Shown here in pieces: positions 41,528 through 52,349 of a stretch of DNA of 64,000 bases. The stretch comes from Bacteroidota bacterium (GTDB lineage: Bacteria; Bacteroidota; Bacteroidia; CAILMK01). Numbering within the stretch: position 1 is the stretch's first letter; each line of letters starts with the position of its first letter. The notes beneath the pieces are model-generated. The model saw only the letters and a program-made list of their open reading frames with translations, was not told the origin of the DNA and did not search any database. The stretch lies in contig JABDBQ010000009.1 of NCBI GenBank assembly GCA_013288555.1, positions 1,391 to 65,390 of the forward strand. Direction: 5' to 3'. A program made the position numbers and the translations under genes.

Positions 41528-41593
41528 CGACCCTTTCAGGGTCGTAAAATTGATTCTTGATTTTTCTACAATCATGTTACCCTTATGGGGTAA
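41528..41593. repeat. REP-like hairpin doublet
   Basis: Contains CGACCC-TTTCA-GGGTCG, plus TTCTACAATCATGTTACCC-TTAT-GGGGTAA. The second copy resembles the TTCTACCAATATCACATCCC-TAAA-GGGAT REP next to the RAYT. Confidence 0.55.
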
Positions 41594-41620
41594 TTCATCG
41601 TCTACAATTAATTGATCAAA

Positions 41621-41681
41621 CACTTCTCACCTCTCACTTCTTACTTCTCACTCTTTACTGATGACTGCTAACTGATGACTG
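41621..41681 (-). repeat. Family B word-repeat tail directly after the lutB-like stop (the right arm relative to 41068-41101)
   Basis: The sense (minus) strand reads TGA-CAGTCATCAGTTAGCAGTCATCAGTAAAGAGTGAGAAGTAAGAAGTGAGAGGTGAGAAGTG. Confidence 0.6.
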
Positions 41682-43061
41682 TCATTTCCCCTTGCGTTCC
41701 ATCCATTCTTCATTGAAGGTTTTTGGAGAGAATTTTAAGGCTGCACGTCTTTTGTCCCAGCTGTTTTTGAAGATGGTGGAGAATGCAATATTCTTAAGAT
41801 TGGCATTGCCGCGATTCATCGTTGTACGGTTAAGCATCGCGCGTTCCCAGAAATACCATACCGCTCTTTCAGTTTTACTGCTAAATCCTTCTGCCACATA
41901 ATTTTGACGGTTATAAAGCAGGTATTTGTGGAGATCGATATTTACCGGGCAAACCTCGGTACAGTTGCCGCATAAAGAAGATGCAAAACTCAGATGACCG
42001 TATTCTTTAAATCCATTATAAAACGGGGTAATCACAGAACCAATGGGTCCACTGTAAGCCTTTGCATAAGTGTGGCCTCCTATATTTTTATAAACGGGGC
42101 AGGCATTGAGACATGCGCCACAACGGATGCAGGCCAGAGCTTCACGTTGAGGTACTTTTTCAAGAAGGGTGCTGCGGCCGTTATCGAGAAGGATAACATA
42201 CATTTCTTCAGGGCCATCCTGTTCGGCACGCTTGCGCGGACCTGTGTAAACAGAATTGTAATTGCATATTTTCTGACCGGTTCCAAATGTAGAGAGCAGT
42301 GGAAGAAACAGGCTCAGATCATTCACAGACGGAAGTAATTTTTCAATTCCGGTTATTACAATATGTACTTTGGGAAAAGCGGTGCATAATCTTGCATTTC
42401 CTTCGTTTTCAAGGACATGTACGCCGCCTATATCAGCAAGTAAAAAATTGGCGCCGGTAATTCCGGCTCCTGCCTCAACATATTTCTGCCTGAGAATTTC
42501 GCGGGCTTTTCGAGTTAACTGTTCAGGTGTATAATCTAAGGGTGTACCCAGTTTTTCGTGAAACAGCGCCGCAATGTCTTCTTTCGACTTATGCATGGCC
42601 GGTGTAACGATATGATAGGGAGGTTCGCCGTCCAGCTGCTGAATATATTCACCAAGATCCGTTTCAACACTTTCAATACCGTTGTGTGTCAGGAATTCAT
42701 TGAGTTTTACCTCTTCGGTAACCATGGATTTTGATTTGACGATGCTTTTTACGGCATGTTTTTTCAAAATAGCATAAATCTCATCCTGGGCTTCTTTCAC
42801 ATCCTGTGCCCAGATGATTTTGCCGCCGTTCTTTTTGAAATTGGTTTCCCATTCAATGAGATACCTGTCCAGGTTTTCGACAACTTTTCGTTTGATCATT
42901 CCAGCCCTTTCACGGGCAAGGGTAAGGTTTTCAAACTGTTCTTTACCTTTTATGACGGCAGTATTGTACTTGCCGATATTAAAATTGATTCTCTTCCGCA
43001 GTTCAAGGTCAAATGCTTTCTTTTCGGATTGCTGTTTAAAAGTTATTGATGGAACCGGCAT
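41682..43061 (-). CDS. LutB-like iron-sulfur protein (LUD domain + two 4Fe-4S motifs)
   Basis: Contains CIRCGACLNACPVY and CGNCTEVCPVNID. 459 aa. Confidence 0.75.
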   Translation of the reverse strand: MPVPSITFKQQSEKKAFDLELRKRINFNIGKYNTAVIKGKEQFENLTLARERAGMIKRKVVENLDRYLIEWETNFKKNGGKIIWAQDVKEAQDEIYAILKKHAVKSIVKSKSMVTEEVKLNEFLTHNGIESVETDLGEYIQQLDGEPPYHIVTPAMHKSKEDIAALFHEKLGTPLDYTPEQLTRKAREILRQKYVEAGAGITGANFLLADIGGVHVLENEGNARLCTAFPKVHIVITGIEKLLPSVNDLSLFLPLLSTFGTGQKICNYNSVYTGPRKRAEQDGPEEMYVILLDNGRSTLLEKVPQREALACIRCGACLNACPVYKNIGGHTYAKAYSGPIGSVITPFYNGFKEYGHLSFASSLCGNCTEVCPVNIDLHKYLLYNRQNYVAEGFSSKTERAVWYFWERAMLNRTTMNRGNANLKNIAFSTIFKNSWDKRRAALKFSPKTFNEEWMERKGK

Positions 43062-43085
43062 CTTGTGAATTGTTTTTTTAGAAGA

Positions 43086-43673
43086 TTAACCGACCTGGAA
43101 TTTTAATTTATCAGAAACAGCATTGCAGATACGATCAAATATTTCGCTAACAGTACCAAGACCATTTACGACAGATAATTTCCCTTGCCTGGAATAATGA
43201 CTGGCAACAGGACTTGTTTCCCGGTTATAAACTTCAAGACGTTTACGGACAGTTTCTTCATTATCATCGCTGCGGCCACTGGTTTCACCTCTTTTCAGAA
43301 GTCGTTTCACCAATTCATTTTCATCTACTTCCAATGAAACCATAATGGTAATTTCTGTACCCAGTTCTGTCATAAGTTTATCAAGTTCATGTGCCTGAAC
43401 TACGGTTCGGGGAAACCCGTCAAAAATATAGCCTGGTCCTAATAGATTTCCACTCAGTTTGTTTCGGATCATTCCGATCACCACTTCATCGGGTACGAGG
43501 TGGCCTTCATCAATATATTTTTTAGCTAGCAGACCCAGTTCTGTTTTATTTGCTTTTTCTGAGCGTAACAAATCACCGGTTGAAACATGTAGCAACCCAT
43601 ATCGTTCTATCAGTTTTTCGCTTTGGGTGCCTTTTCCCGCTCCCGGTGGGCCGAATAGGATGATATTCAGCAT
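43086..43673 (-). CDS. adk: Adenylate kinase
   Basis: Contains the GPPGAGKGTQ P-loop and a short lid. 195 aa. Confidence 0.95.
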   Translation of the reverse strand: MLNIILFGPPGAGKGTQSEKLIERYGLLHVSTGDLLRSEKANKTELGLLAKKYIDEGHLVPDEVVIGMIRNKLSGNLLGPGYIFDGFPRTVVQAHELDKLMTELGTEITIMVSLEVDENELVKRLLKRGETSGRSDDNEETVRKRLEVYNRETSPVASHYSRQGKLSVVNGLGTVSEIFDRICNAVSDKLKFQVG

Positions 43674-43677
43674 ATAA

Positions 43678-44220
43678 TCAATTTCCCTTTAGTTTGTAAA
43701 TATCCTTATAATGTCTTCCTTTCCTGTCAAAATCAAGTCCGTAACCGATGAGAAAATCATCAGCTGCCTCAAATCCAACATATTCTGGTTTAACATTGTA
43801 CTTTAATGCTCCTGGTTTAAAGATCAAAGATGCGATTTTTATATCTGAAACGGGAATTTCTTTTAATTGCTTGGACAATTCAAAAATTGTTCTTCCCGTA
43901 TCAATGATGTCTTCTATTATGACAATGTTGCGACCGCCAAGATTTTCATCAACCCCAATCAATGTTTTCATGTTTTCACCGGGATTCATCCCGGTATAAG
44001 AGGCGATTTTTACGAACGAGATTTCATATGGGAAATCTATATTCTTCAAAAGATCGGAGGCGAAATAAAATGAACCATTTAGTATTGCCAAAAAAACAGG
44101 ATCTGTATTAGTTAAGTCCCGGTTCATATTAATGGCCAGTTGGCTTATTCTTTCAGCGATAGCCTCCCTGGAAATAAATTTTTCAAAAGTTTCCCCCAAA
44201 ACCTCTACCTGATCTTTCAT
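43678..44220 (-). CDS. hpt: Hypoxanthine phosphoribosyltransferase
   Basis: Contains the PRPP-binding motif IVIIEDIIDTGRT. 180 aa. Confidence 0.9.
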   Translation of the reverse strand: MKDQVEVLGETFEKFISREAIAERISQLAINMNRDLTNTDPVFLAILNGSFYFASDLLKNIDFPYEISFVKIASYTGMNPGENMKTLIGVDENLGGRNIVIIEDIIDTGRTIFELSKQLKEIPVSDIKIASLIFKPGALKYNVKPEYVGFEAADDFLIGYGLDFDRKGRHYKDIYKLKGN

Positions 44221-44246
44221 AAAAACGGCGCTTCTAACGGTTGGTG

Positions 44247-44254
44247 CAAAGGTA
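44247..44254 (-). promoter_or_regulatory. Candidate -7 box (TACCTTTG on the minus strand) for hpt-adk-lutB
   Basis: The plus-strand CAAAGGTA lies 27 nt upstream of the hpt ATG. Confidence 0.3.
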
Positions 44255-44563
44255 AAATCTTAAAGCTGAATATTGTCGAATATAATAGCCCAATTTCAGT
44301 ATTCAGTTCTTGTTGAATAATCTAATTTTATACCAGGCAACCTTCAGGCTTAATATTACGTCTCATATTTATATCAGAAATGTGAATGTGGATTTGGTTT
44401 TTCTATACTTTGGAAAAACCCGGGAAAATATATAGGTTTTAATTTCATTTTATTGTTTTTAGTACATTAAGCATGGGTTTGTTTATCTGGTTGCATTTCA
44501 GGATTGTATATAATTAGGAAAATTGAAAATAATTCAGTAAGTTTACATTTCCAAAATATCAGG

Positions 44564-47500
44564 ATGGCTTTCAGATTGCGTTATATAGCACTAATCTCGC
44601 TGCTTCAACTGGCATTTTTAACTGCTATGGCCACTCCTAAGGTGAGTTTTACGGTTTCATTTTCATCCGGGTGCAGTCCGCTTTCTGAAAGTTATTTCAA
44701 TCTTACAACGGGTGGCACCGGGCCTTATACTTATTATTGGGTATTGGGGAATTCGAATACCTCAACACTCAAAGATGCAAGTGCCATCTATTATGTTCCC
44801 GGAAAATATCATATTACACTCGTAGTCACAGATTCAAAGGGTAATGTAGATTCAGCCTCTCAAACGATCACGGTATTTAAAAATCCGACAGCTGATTTTT
44901 CTGCCGATAATCTTGTTGGATGCGCACCCTTAAAGGTTAATGTTAAAGATTTAAGCTCAGGAGGTTCGGCCGGCATTTCGCAATGGTTATGGGACTTTGG
45001 AGACGGAAATACATCTACAAGTCAGAATCCGGGTACGCATACCTATTCCAAACCGGGTTATTACAACATTTCGCTGGAAGTCATTGATTCAAATGGATGC
45101 ACAGCTTCTGTTATCAAGAAATCTTATATTTATGTTGATCAGCCTCCGGCGGTTAATTTTTCTGCTTCGGTAAACTACGGGTGCAAACCGCCTTTAACCG
45201 TAAATTTTTCCGGTTCGGTAACTCCAGCGAGAAATGTGAAATATTTATGGGATTTCGGTGACGGTACTACTGCTACAGGTGCCACACCATCAAAAACTTA
45301 TAATGCAAAGGGAGGATATACTGTTACGCTTACAGTAACAGATTCGCTGGGATGCACATCATCAAAAACAATTACCAATTTTATTTATATCGGAAAACCC
45401 GTGGCATCTTATACGACTTCCGGGACACATGGATGCGCACCTCTTACGGTAAAGTTTTCGAATACCTCTACCGGCACACCTCCCGGAACTTCCTTTATAT
45501 GGAGATTTGGGGATGGAACCACTTCTACGGATTTAAGCCCTACACATACCTATGGAGCGGGTAGTTATACAGTTACACTCATCGTGATTACACCAGGGGG
45601 ATGTACCGATACCCTTGTTTTGAATAATGTTATCGCCAGGGCCCCATACACACCCAGTTTTTTGACAGATACTTTTTTATGCCAATTACCTTATAATGAT
45701 TATTTTACAAATACAACGCCGAATAATGCCACGGTACAATACTGGGATTTTGGGGATGGGTCTCCGAAAGTTTCCGGGAATTCCGTTTCGCATAAATTTC
45801 CAAAATCGGGTGGGTATTTTACAATTACATTAACAACTTATGATGCATACGGTTGTGTAGAAACGCTTGTAAAAAAAGATTATGTATTCGCAGGCCCAAC
45901 TTATGCTTTGTTTACTCCGGATAGCGTTCAGGGTTGTGCACCGCTAACAGTCACTTTTAAAAACGAATCAAAAAGTGCCGATTCAATTGTTTCATACCAT
46001 TGGAATTTTGGAAACGGAAACACCTCAGATCAAAAAGATCCGCCGACACAAACATATTCGTTACCAGGTACTTATACGGTAACCCTCACAATCAAAACAA
46101 AACATGGATGCATTGAGACCTACCAGGGATATGTTTCTGCCGGTACGAAACCCGACGCCCGTTTCACATCTTTTCCCGATTCCGGTTGCCTGAATATGCT
46201 CCGGCATATCCATTTTATTAACCTGACCAATAAAGGTACCGGGGCTGTACAAGCCAATATGTTTTATTGGGAAATTGGCGGACAAGTATATAAGACGACA
46301 AGTGATTCGCCTTTTACCTTCCGTTTTGATGAACCTCCCGGAAAGTATCCTGTAACACTTATTGCGTATAATAATAGCAGTTGCCCTGATTCTATTACCA
46401 AAGATTCACTCATTATTGTAATGCCACCATGGGCAAGGTTCGGTGTGATTCGTGATACATGCGCATTGCAGAACAGGCTCACTTTTGTAGATGCATCTAT
46501 TGGCGCATCCCATGTGGAATACTATTTTGGGGATGGAGACTCTTCGGATCTGAGGGATCCTACACATGTATACCAGGATTCCGGGATGTATTATCCTATT
46601 GAAGTCGCTTATGATAGTTTAAATCACTGCAGCGATACTTTTTCATATTTTATGAGGCCGCCGCAGTTTGCAGGTTTATATATAAAACCTCCATGGAAGG
46701 ATTCCATTGCGGCACTTAGCTCCACCATGGGCTGCAGTCCGCTCACGGTCAGATTCAGAGTTTTTGACAATGATACGGCCATTAATACAATTACATGGGG
46801 TGATGGAGATACTACAATCCTATCATCGCCTTTCTATTACGGACCGTTTTATTACCTTGATACTTTTACTGTTGAACACACCTATAATAGTCCGGGTACT
46901 TATACCGTATCCATGCATGACATTAATGATAAAGGATGTAAGGATACATTTCAAATGAAGCCCAAAGTGCAGGTCCTGGGATTAAAATCTGTTTTTTCGG
47001 TCACACCCGTAAAAGGGTGCGTCCCGCTTACTGTCACACTCTATGATTCTTTTCCAAATCTTGCCGGAATCAGAATAAACCATTATGACATGGGGAATGG
47101 CGATACTATTCACGTGAGTTCGCAGATAATGAGATATACCTATACAAAGCCTGCTCCGGATCAGGAAAAGGGCTTTGCAGTAAAGTTGATTGTTGGAAAT
47201 ATATCATGTACAGACACAGCCAGGAAGTTTGTTTTCCCAATACAGCCCACGGCTATCATTGATGAATTTAATGTTTCAAACTGCGATTCGGTTGCTTATG
47301 TATTCACAACCGAAACCAAAGGGATTAAACCATTTAATTATATGTGGGATTTCGGTAATGGGGATAGTATTGCAGGTACACAGGCAAACCATACTTTTGG
47401 GGTAGGATCAAACAGGGTTAAGGTGAGGATTACAGATTCTTTAGGTTGTGTCGATACATTGTCAGCTCCTATTACAGTGATGAGCAAAAAGGATTCTGCG

Positions 47501-49903
47501 GCATTCATAATCAAGCTATCGCAGGGAAATTGCCCACCTATTACAGCAAACTTTATAGACTCATCCAGGTTTGCTGTACCCGGGGCGCACCAATGGCTTT
47601 GGGATTTTGGTGATGGATCGGCTTCAACACTTCAAAATCCGTCTAAGGTTTATTATTTTCCGGGCAATTTTACCATTACGCTCAAAATTAAGGATGCTGT
47701 AGGCTGTACTTCGACCGTTATTAAACTTAATGTAATCATTATCAAAGGGCCAACGGGTGAATATTCAATTACGCCATTACATGGTTGTGTGCCAGTCACA
47801 GTTCATTTTCTGGCTATTTCAAGTAATGCTACAAAATATTCCTGGGATTTTGGTGATGGGTCGCCATTTGGTCCCAACGACACTGCAACACATACATACA
47901 GGTATCCCGGAACATTTATCCCATCCCTGGTATTGGGAGATAATACTTGCACTTATCCGCTACCGCCAAAAGACACAATTGTTGTCGGGCCTCAACCTGT
48001 GCCTGCGTTTGGGTACGATTCAACCTGTTCAGGACTTCCCCTGACTTTTAAAGATCTTTCAACTTCGAAATCTAAAATTATTGATTGGCTCTGGGATTTT
48101 GGTGATGGGAATAGCAGTTTCTTGCAAAATCCGACGCATATTTATCATAAAAACGGATTTTATACAGTGACACTTTCTGTGACAAATATAAATGGATGTT
48201 CCAAATCGATAACAAATTCAGTTAAATACGGAGATATCATTGCCAGGCTTTCAGCTTCAAAAACGGGGTGCATCGGATCACCGGTTCAATTTAAAGATCA
48301 TACGATAAGTGACTCAGCAATAAAATCATGGACCTGGATATTCGGAGATGGCAGCAGTTCCCGCCTGCAAAATCCTACGCATATCTATTTGAAGAAAGGG
48401 ATTTATCCGATTTCTTTATATGTGGAGAATTACAAAGGGTGTTTTGATACGTTAAGGAACGGAGCCTATGTTATCATCGGCGATACTACAGCACCTTTAT
48501 CTCCGAATGTATATAGAGTGACAGTTATTGATGACCATAATGCGGAAGTGGATTTCAGTGAAAACAAGGATTTTGATTTCAAGAAATACCTGATTTATAC
48601 ACGTGATGAAAGCGGGAAAGTAAGGATGGTTGATTCTGTGCTTTTTGCTTCCGACACCATTCATACTGTAGGCGGGTTAAATAATCTCCACCATTCTTTG
48701 TGTTTCCTGGTTCAGGCTGTTAATGTCTGTGGCTTTAAATCAGATACCCTGGCTTCATTATATCATTGTACCATAAACCTTGGTGCCAATCCCGGAATCA
48801 ATGAAGCGATCCTGAATTGGACACCGTACCAGGGATGGCCCGTAGCGCTCTACAAAATATACAGGCAGGGTAATGAATTACCTCCGCAATTTAATTTCCT
48901 GGATTCAGTCCCGGGTACACAGTTGAAATATATTGATACAAGTGTCGTATGTTTCCGGTCGATGGTTTACCGAGTGGAAGGTTTTGAGAAAAATGGAAAC
49001 CTGCAGGTTTCCTGGAGTGATACAGCAGCTACAATACCCATTCATGTGCCCCATGTGCCTCCTGCAGATATGTTAAGGGCCACAGTGGAAAATAACAAAA
49101 GCACAAGGGTAGAATGGATACCTGTACCACATGGACATGTAAAAAAATGGATGCTCGAAAAATCTGCCGATGGTGTCAATTTCCAATTGGTTGATACGCC
49201 TATCGTTTGCAGTGTTTTATCAGTGGCTGACCAGAAAGTTGATGTCCAGAAAAATTCATATACTTACAGGCTACGGATTCTTGACAGTTGTGGTGATCTG
49301 GGTCCTTACAGCGAAATCGGGAAAACCATTCTGCTTTCAATTGATACAACTGTTGATGTAAGGCCCAGCCTTGTCTGGACCTCCTATAAAAACTGGCCTG
49401 AAGGCGTTCAGTATTATGATATCTATAGCGAAGCCGTTGACAAGAATTTTAACTGGCTTGCCCGGACCGTTTCAGGGCAGGATACAACATATGTAGATAA
49501 TATTACAGATCTGAACAGCCTTCCAAACTATACCTATCATGTTGTGGCACATCGAAATGGAACAATTTTGAACCCTAATGTGAATCTCGGAATTACCAGT
49601 ATGTCAAACGATGCCACACTGAGGCCCCATTCCAGGTTATTTATCCCGAATGTATTTACTCCCAATGGGGATGGTATAAATGATTCATTCTTTGTACAGG
49701 GATTGTTTATCAAATCATTTCATATTAAGATATTTGACCGTTGGGGTACCAAAGTATTTGAAGCCAATTCCATGAAGGATAAATGGAGCGGATCATACAA
49801 AAACGGCCCTCCTGTAATGGATGCTTATAAATACCTTATCTATTACCTTGGGGTGGATAATATTGAAAGGTACACGGATGGATGGGTAACTATTCTCTTA
49901 TAA
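44564..49903 (+). CDS. PKD-repeat surface protein with a type-B T9SS C-terminal domain
   Basis: Has about 14 PKD-like repeats (W.FGDG..S....P.H.Y...G.Y.V.L). These are followed by FN3-like module pairs like those of the giant gene, and the CTD FIPNVFTPNGDGINDSF...FDRWGTKVF. I prefer the ATG at 44564 (MAFRLRYIALISLLQLAFLTAMA). Confidence 0.85.
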   Translation: MAFRLRYIALISLLQLAFLTAMATPKVSFTVSFSSGCSPLSESYFNLTTGGTGPYTYYWVLGNSNTSTLKDASAIYYVPGKYHITLVVTDSKGNVDSASQTITVFKNPTADFSADNLVGCAPLKVNVKDLSSGGSAGISQWLWDFGDGNTSTSQNPGTHTYSKPGYYNISLEVIDSNGCTASVIKKSYIYVDQPPAVNFSASVNYGCKPPLTVNFSGSVTPARNVKYLWDFGDGTTATGATPSKTYNAKGGYTVTLTVTDSLGCTSSKTITNFIYIGKPVASYTTSGTHGCAPLTVKFSNTSTGTPPGTSFIWRFGDGTTSTDLSPTHTYGAGSYTVTLIVITPGGCTDTLVLNNVIARAPYTPSFLTDTFLCQLPYNDYFTNTTPNNATVQYWDFGDGSPKVSGNSVSHKFPKSGGYFTITLTTYDAYGCVETLVKKDYVFAGPTYALFTPDSVQGCAPLTVTFKNESKSADSIVSYHWNFGNGNTSDQKDPPTQTYSLPGTYTVTLTIKTKHGCIETYQGYVSAGTKPDARFTSFPDSGCLNMLRHIHFINLTNKGTGAVQANMFYWEIGGQVYKTTSDSPFTFRFDEPPGKYPVTLIAYNNSSCPDSITKDSLIIVMPPWARFGVIRDTCALQNRLTFVDASIGASHVEYYFGDGDSSDLRDPTHVYQDSGMYYPIEVAYDSLNHCSDTFSYFMRPPQFAGLYIKPPWKDSIAALSSTMGCSPLTVRFRVFDNDTAINTITWGDGDTTILSSPFYYGPFYYLDTFTVEHTYNSPGTYTVSMHDINDKGCKDTFQMKPKVQVLGLKSVFSVTPVKGCVPLTVTLYDSFPNLAGIRINHYDMGNGDTIHVSSQIMRYTYTKPAPDQEKGFAVKLIVGNISCTDTARKFVFPIQPTAIIDEFNVSNCDSVAYVFTTETKGIKPFNYMWDFGNGDSIAGTQANHTFGVGSNRVKVRITDSLGCVDTLSAPITVMSKKDSAAFIIKLSQGNCPPITANFIDSSRFAVPGAHQWLWDFGDGSASTLQNPSKVYYFPGNFTITLKIKDAVGCTSTVIKLNVIIIKGPTGEYSITPLHGCVPVTVHFLAISSNATKYSWDFGDGSPFGPNDTATHTYRYPGTFIPSLVLGDNTCTYPLPPKDTIVVGPQPVPAFGYDSTCSGLPLTFKDLSTSKSKIIDWLWDFGDGNSSFLQNPTHIYHKNGFYTVTLSVTNINGCSKSITNSVKYGDIIARLSASKTGCIGSPVQFKDHTISDSAIKSWTWIFGDGSSSRLQNPTHIYLKKGIYPISLYVENYKGCFDTLRNGAYVIIGDTTAPLSPNVYRVTVIDDHNAEVDFSENKDFDFKKYLIYTRDESGKVRMVDSVLFASDTIHTVGGLNNLHHSLCFLVQAVNVCGFKSDTLASLYHCTINLGANPGINEAILNWTPYQGWPVALYKIYRQGNELPPQFNFLDSVPGTQLKYIDTSVVCFRSMVYRVEGFEKNGNLQVSWSDTAATIPIHVPHVPPADMLRATVENNKSTRVEWIPVPHGHVKKWMLEKSADGVNFQLVDTPIVCSVLSVADQKVDVQKNSYTYRLRILDSCGDLGPYSEIGKTILLSIDTTVDVRPSLVWTSYKNWPEGVQYYDIYSEAVDKNFNWLARTVSGQDTTYVDNITDLNSLPNYTYHVVAHRNGTILNPNVNLGITSMSNDATLRPHSRLFIPNVFTPNGDGINDSFFVQGLFIKSFHIKIFDRWGTKVFEANSMKDKWSGSYKNGPPVMDAYKYLIYYLGVDNIERYTDGWVTILL

Positions 49904-49917
49904 TCTGCAGACTCTTA

Positions 49918-51042
49918 TTATTTTACGAATGGACTGTTTAAAGCGCCATTAATAACAAGAAGTCGTTTCAAATCATGATTAAAAGGCGAAACGAGATCAA
50001 GAGGTGTTCTGCCATTTATATCTTTAATATTGAGATTAGCGCCATGATTGATAAGTAATTCAGCAAGATCTGTATGGTCATGTACAACCGCAATATGAAG
50101 CGGGGTAGCTCCCGAATTGTCAATCGCATTTACATTGGCTCCATGGTCAATGAGCAATTTGGCAAGCTCGGTATGTCCCGAAAAAGCAACAATATGAAGC
50201 GCATTACCTTTTCTTCTGTTCGGTTGATTTGGATCAGCGCCATTTTTTAACATAAAGTCGAGCATTCCAAGTCTTTTAGCAGAATCCAATGGCCCCGGAT
50301 CCAATAACCACTCAAGAGGTGTCACGCTATCTTTGGAATAAATATTAATGCTCACTCCTGCATTCATAAGTATAGTTATAGATTCCGGTTGTCCATACTG
50401 TGCTGCAAAATGCATGGCTGTGAGACCGGATGAAGTGGTAATATAAAGATTGGCTTTGTTATCTATATAATATTTCAGAATCTCAGTGCGCCCGTTTCCG
50501 GCTGCGTAAATAATGGGTGACCATTGATATTTATCTTTTGCATTCACATCGGCACCATGGGCGATAAGCATTTTTACAAGATCAAGGTTATTATTGAACG
50601 TCGCCCTGTCGAGAAGACTAAGCCCCATAGAATCAATAGCGTCGGTACCCGCTCCTTTTTTGAGGAGAAAAGTACACATGTCTGTAAAATTCCTGTAAAC
50701 GGCTACGGATAAGGCCGAGATATCATTTTTGTTTTTCTCATTGATATTGGTACCATGTTTTATGAGATACGCTGCAATATCAAGATGATCACCTTCTGCT
50801 GCTGCATCGAGCGGCGTATGTCCCGTTCCGTCAATGCCATTGATATCCTCATGATGTTTTACATGTTTTTTGACAGAATCCATGAGTCCTGCCCTGCAGG
50901 CATTCTGAAAAGCTCCTCCACCTGAAGCATTCACATTCTGGAATTTAAAGACTTCGGGATGCCCATCTTTTTGTGCAAAAGCAAACTGAAAACAAAAAGC
51001 TGAAATACTGAGTAAGAAAATGAGTCTGAATGAATATTTCAT
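49918..51042 (-). CDS. Ankyrin-repeat protein with a signal peptide
   Basis: Has about 8 ANK repeats (G.TPL..A...GH.....LI..GA..N). Confidence 0.85.
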   Translation of the reverse strand: MKYSFRLIFLLSISAFCFQFAFAQKDGHPEVFKFQNVNASGGGAFQNACRAGLMDSVKKHVKHHEDINGIDGTGHTPLDAAAEGDHLDIAAYLIKHGTNINEKNKNDISALSVAVYRNFTDMCTFLLKKGAGTDAIDSMGLSLLDRATFNNNLDLVKMLIAHGADVNAKDKYQWSPIIYAAGNGRTEILKYYIDNKANLYITTSSGLTAMHFAAQYGQPESITILMNAGVSINIYSKDSVTPLEWLLDPGPLDSAKRLGMLDFMLKNGADPNQPNRRKGNALHIVAFSGHTELAKLLIDHGANVNAIDNSGATPLHIAVVHDHTDLAELLINHGANLNIKDINGRTPLDLVSPFNHDLKRLLVINGALNSPFVK

Positions 51043-51205
51043 TGGTTTTTATATATGATTGAACGCTTTTTTAGCCGCTTCGTTTATATTTAGGTTACTT
51101 TTGTACAAAATTACTATGTGAAGATATTTTATCCTGGTGCAAAATAAGGCATCCTTTTTGTAAGTCGTATAAACGTCAGGACATAAAATTCATTATCTAA
51201 GACAG

Positions 51206-52201
51206 ATGAACAAGTCGATACTCAAAAAAATTTGCACTGCCTTATGTTTATTCATTGTTCTTTGTGTTACAGCAAAAGCGCAATATGAAAGTATCCGATC
51301 TCCCTTATCAGATGAAGAAAAAGAACGGATAAGCAGGTATAACCTGAAATCCATGAAACTTTATTTTGTAGCCGATAATCATGATTCCCTCGTACAATCC
51401 ATGCAATACGACCGCAATGGCAAGCTGGTACGGACATTGTCAGAAGGCATTATTTACAATTATAAATACGATAAAGACGAGAATACCATCGAAATGACCG
51501 ATTCGATGCTGAAAAACAATGACGGCAAAGAACTTAGTGACACGTTTAAGTTTCAATATGATGCCAACGGTTACCTGAAATATGCCAGGTTCAACGGCGA
51601 CGAGTCTTTTTTTATCTACGATCCGAAATCATATACGCTGGTGGAAACCCGTCATGACCACGCCTGGCCAGAACCTGTAATAAGTGCCTATACCTATGAT
51701 CCAAACAAGGAAATCACGGAAATGCACTATACAAATCCTTCTGATCAGAGTAAAATAACAGAGAAAATCACATATAATGATCACGCAAAAGTGTTGAAGG
51801 ATTTTATCACCCGTACTTATGGAGACGGGAATGTTGATACTGTCATTACTACTTATAGCTATAATGAGAGAGGCAAACAAAGTTTAGAGGAAACCTATTC
51901 TTCATCGCTTATTGGTAAAGACCATAGTTTTACAAGGTCTCGTACCATCAGAAAGGATTTTTATGATAGCCAGGACCGCATGATTGAGGAATTTCTTTTT
52001 GAAAATGGCAAAGAGAAGGATCGTTATATTTTTACCTATGACGATTATGGCTATGAACCTATTTCAGAGACCTATTATAGTAATGGAATCCAGCAGCGGG
52101 TTGACAAATTTACCCTGGACGAACACGGCTTACCTGCTACTCTTACAGAAACAGAAGGGGATGTGACCACCAGGTACCGTTACGAGTTCAGCCGCTGGTA
52201 G
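51206..52201 (+). CDS. Hypothetical secreted protein (weak YD-repeat-like periodicity)
   Basis: Has a signal peptide and recurring Y.YD..G motifs. Confidence 0.5.
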   Translation: MNKSILKKICTALCLFIVLCVTAKAQYESIRSPLSDEEKERISRYNLKSMKLYFVADNHDSLVQSMQYDRNGKLVRTLSEGIIYNYKYDKDENTIEMTDSMLKNNDGKELSDTFKFQYDANGYLKYARFNGDESFFIYDPKSYTLVETRHDHAWPEPVISAYTYDPNKEITEMHYTNPSDQSKITEKITYNDHAKVLKDFITRTYGDGNVDTVITTYSYNERGKQSLEETYSSSLIGKDHSFTRSRTIRKDFYDSQDRMIEEFLFENGKEKDRYIFTYDDYGYEPISETYYSNGIQQRVDKFTLDEHGLPATLTETEGDVTTRYRYEFSRW

Positions 52202-52349
52202 AAATTGTCTTTACTAAGATTTTTAGGATGTGACAGATTTTAAGATTGAGAAGGCTCTCAATTAAATATTTTTATCATGAAAGAAGGATTGTAAATTCTC
52301 TGATTTTATCTCAAAATCCAGTTAATCCCATAATCCTGGTTCAGACAGC

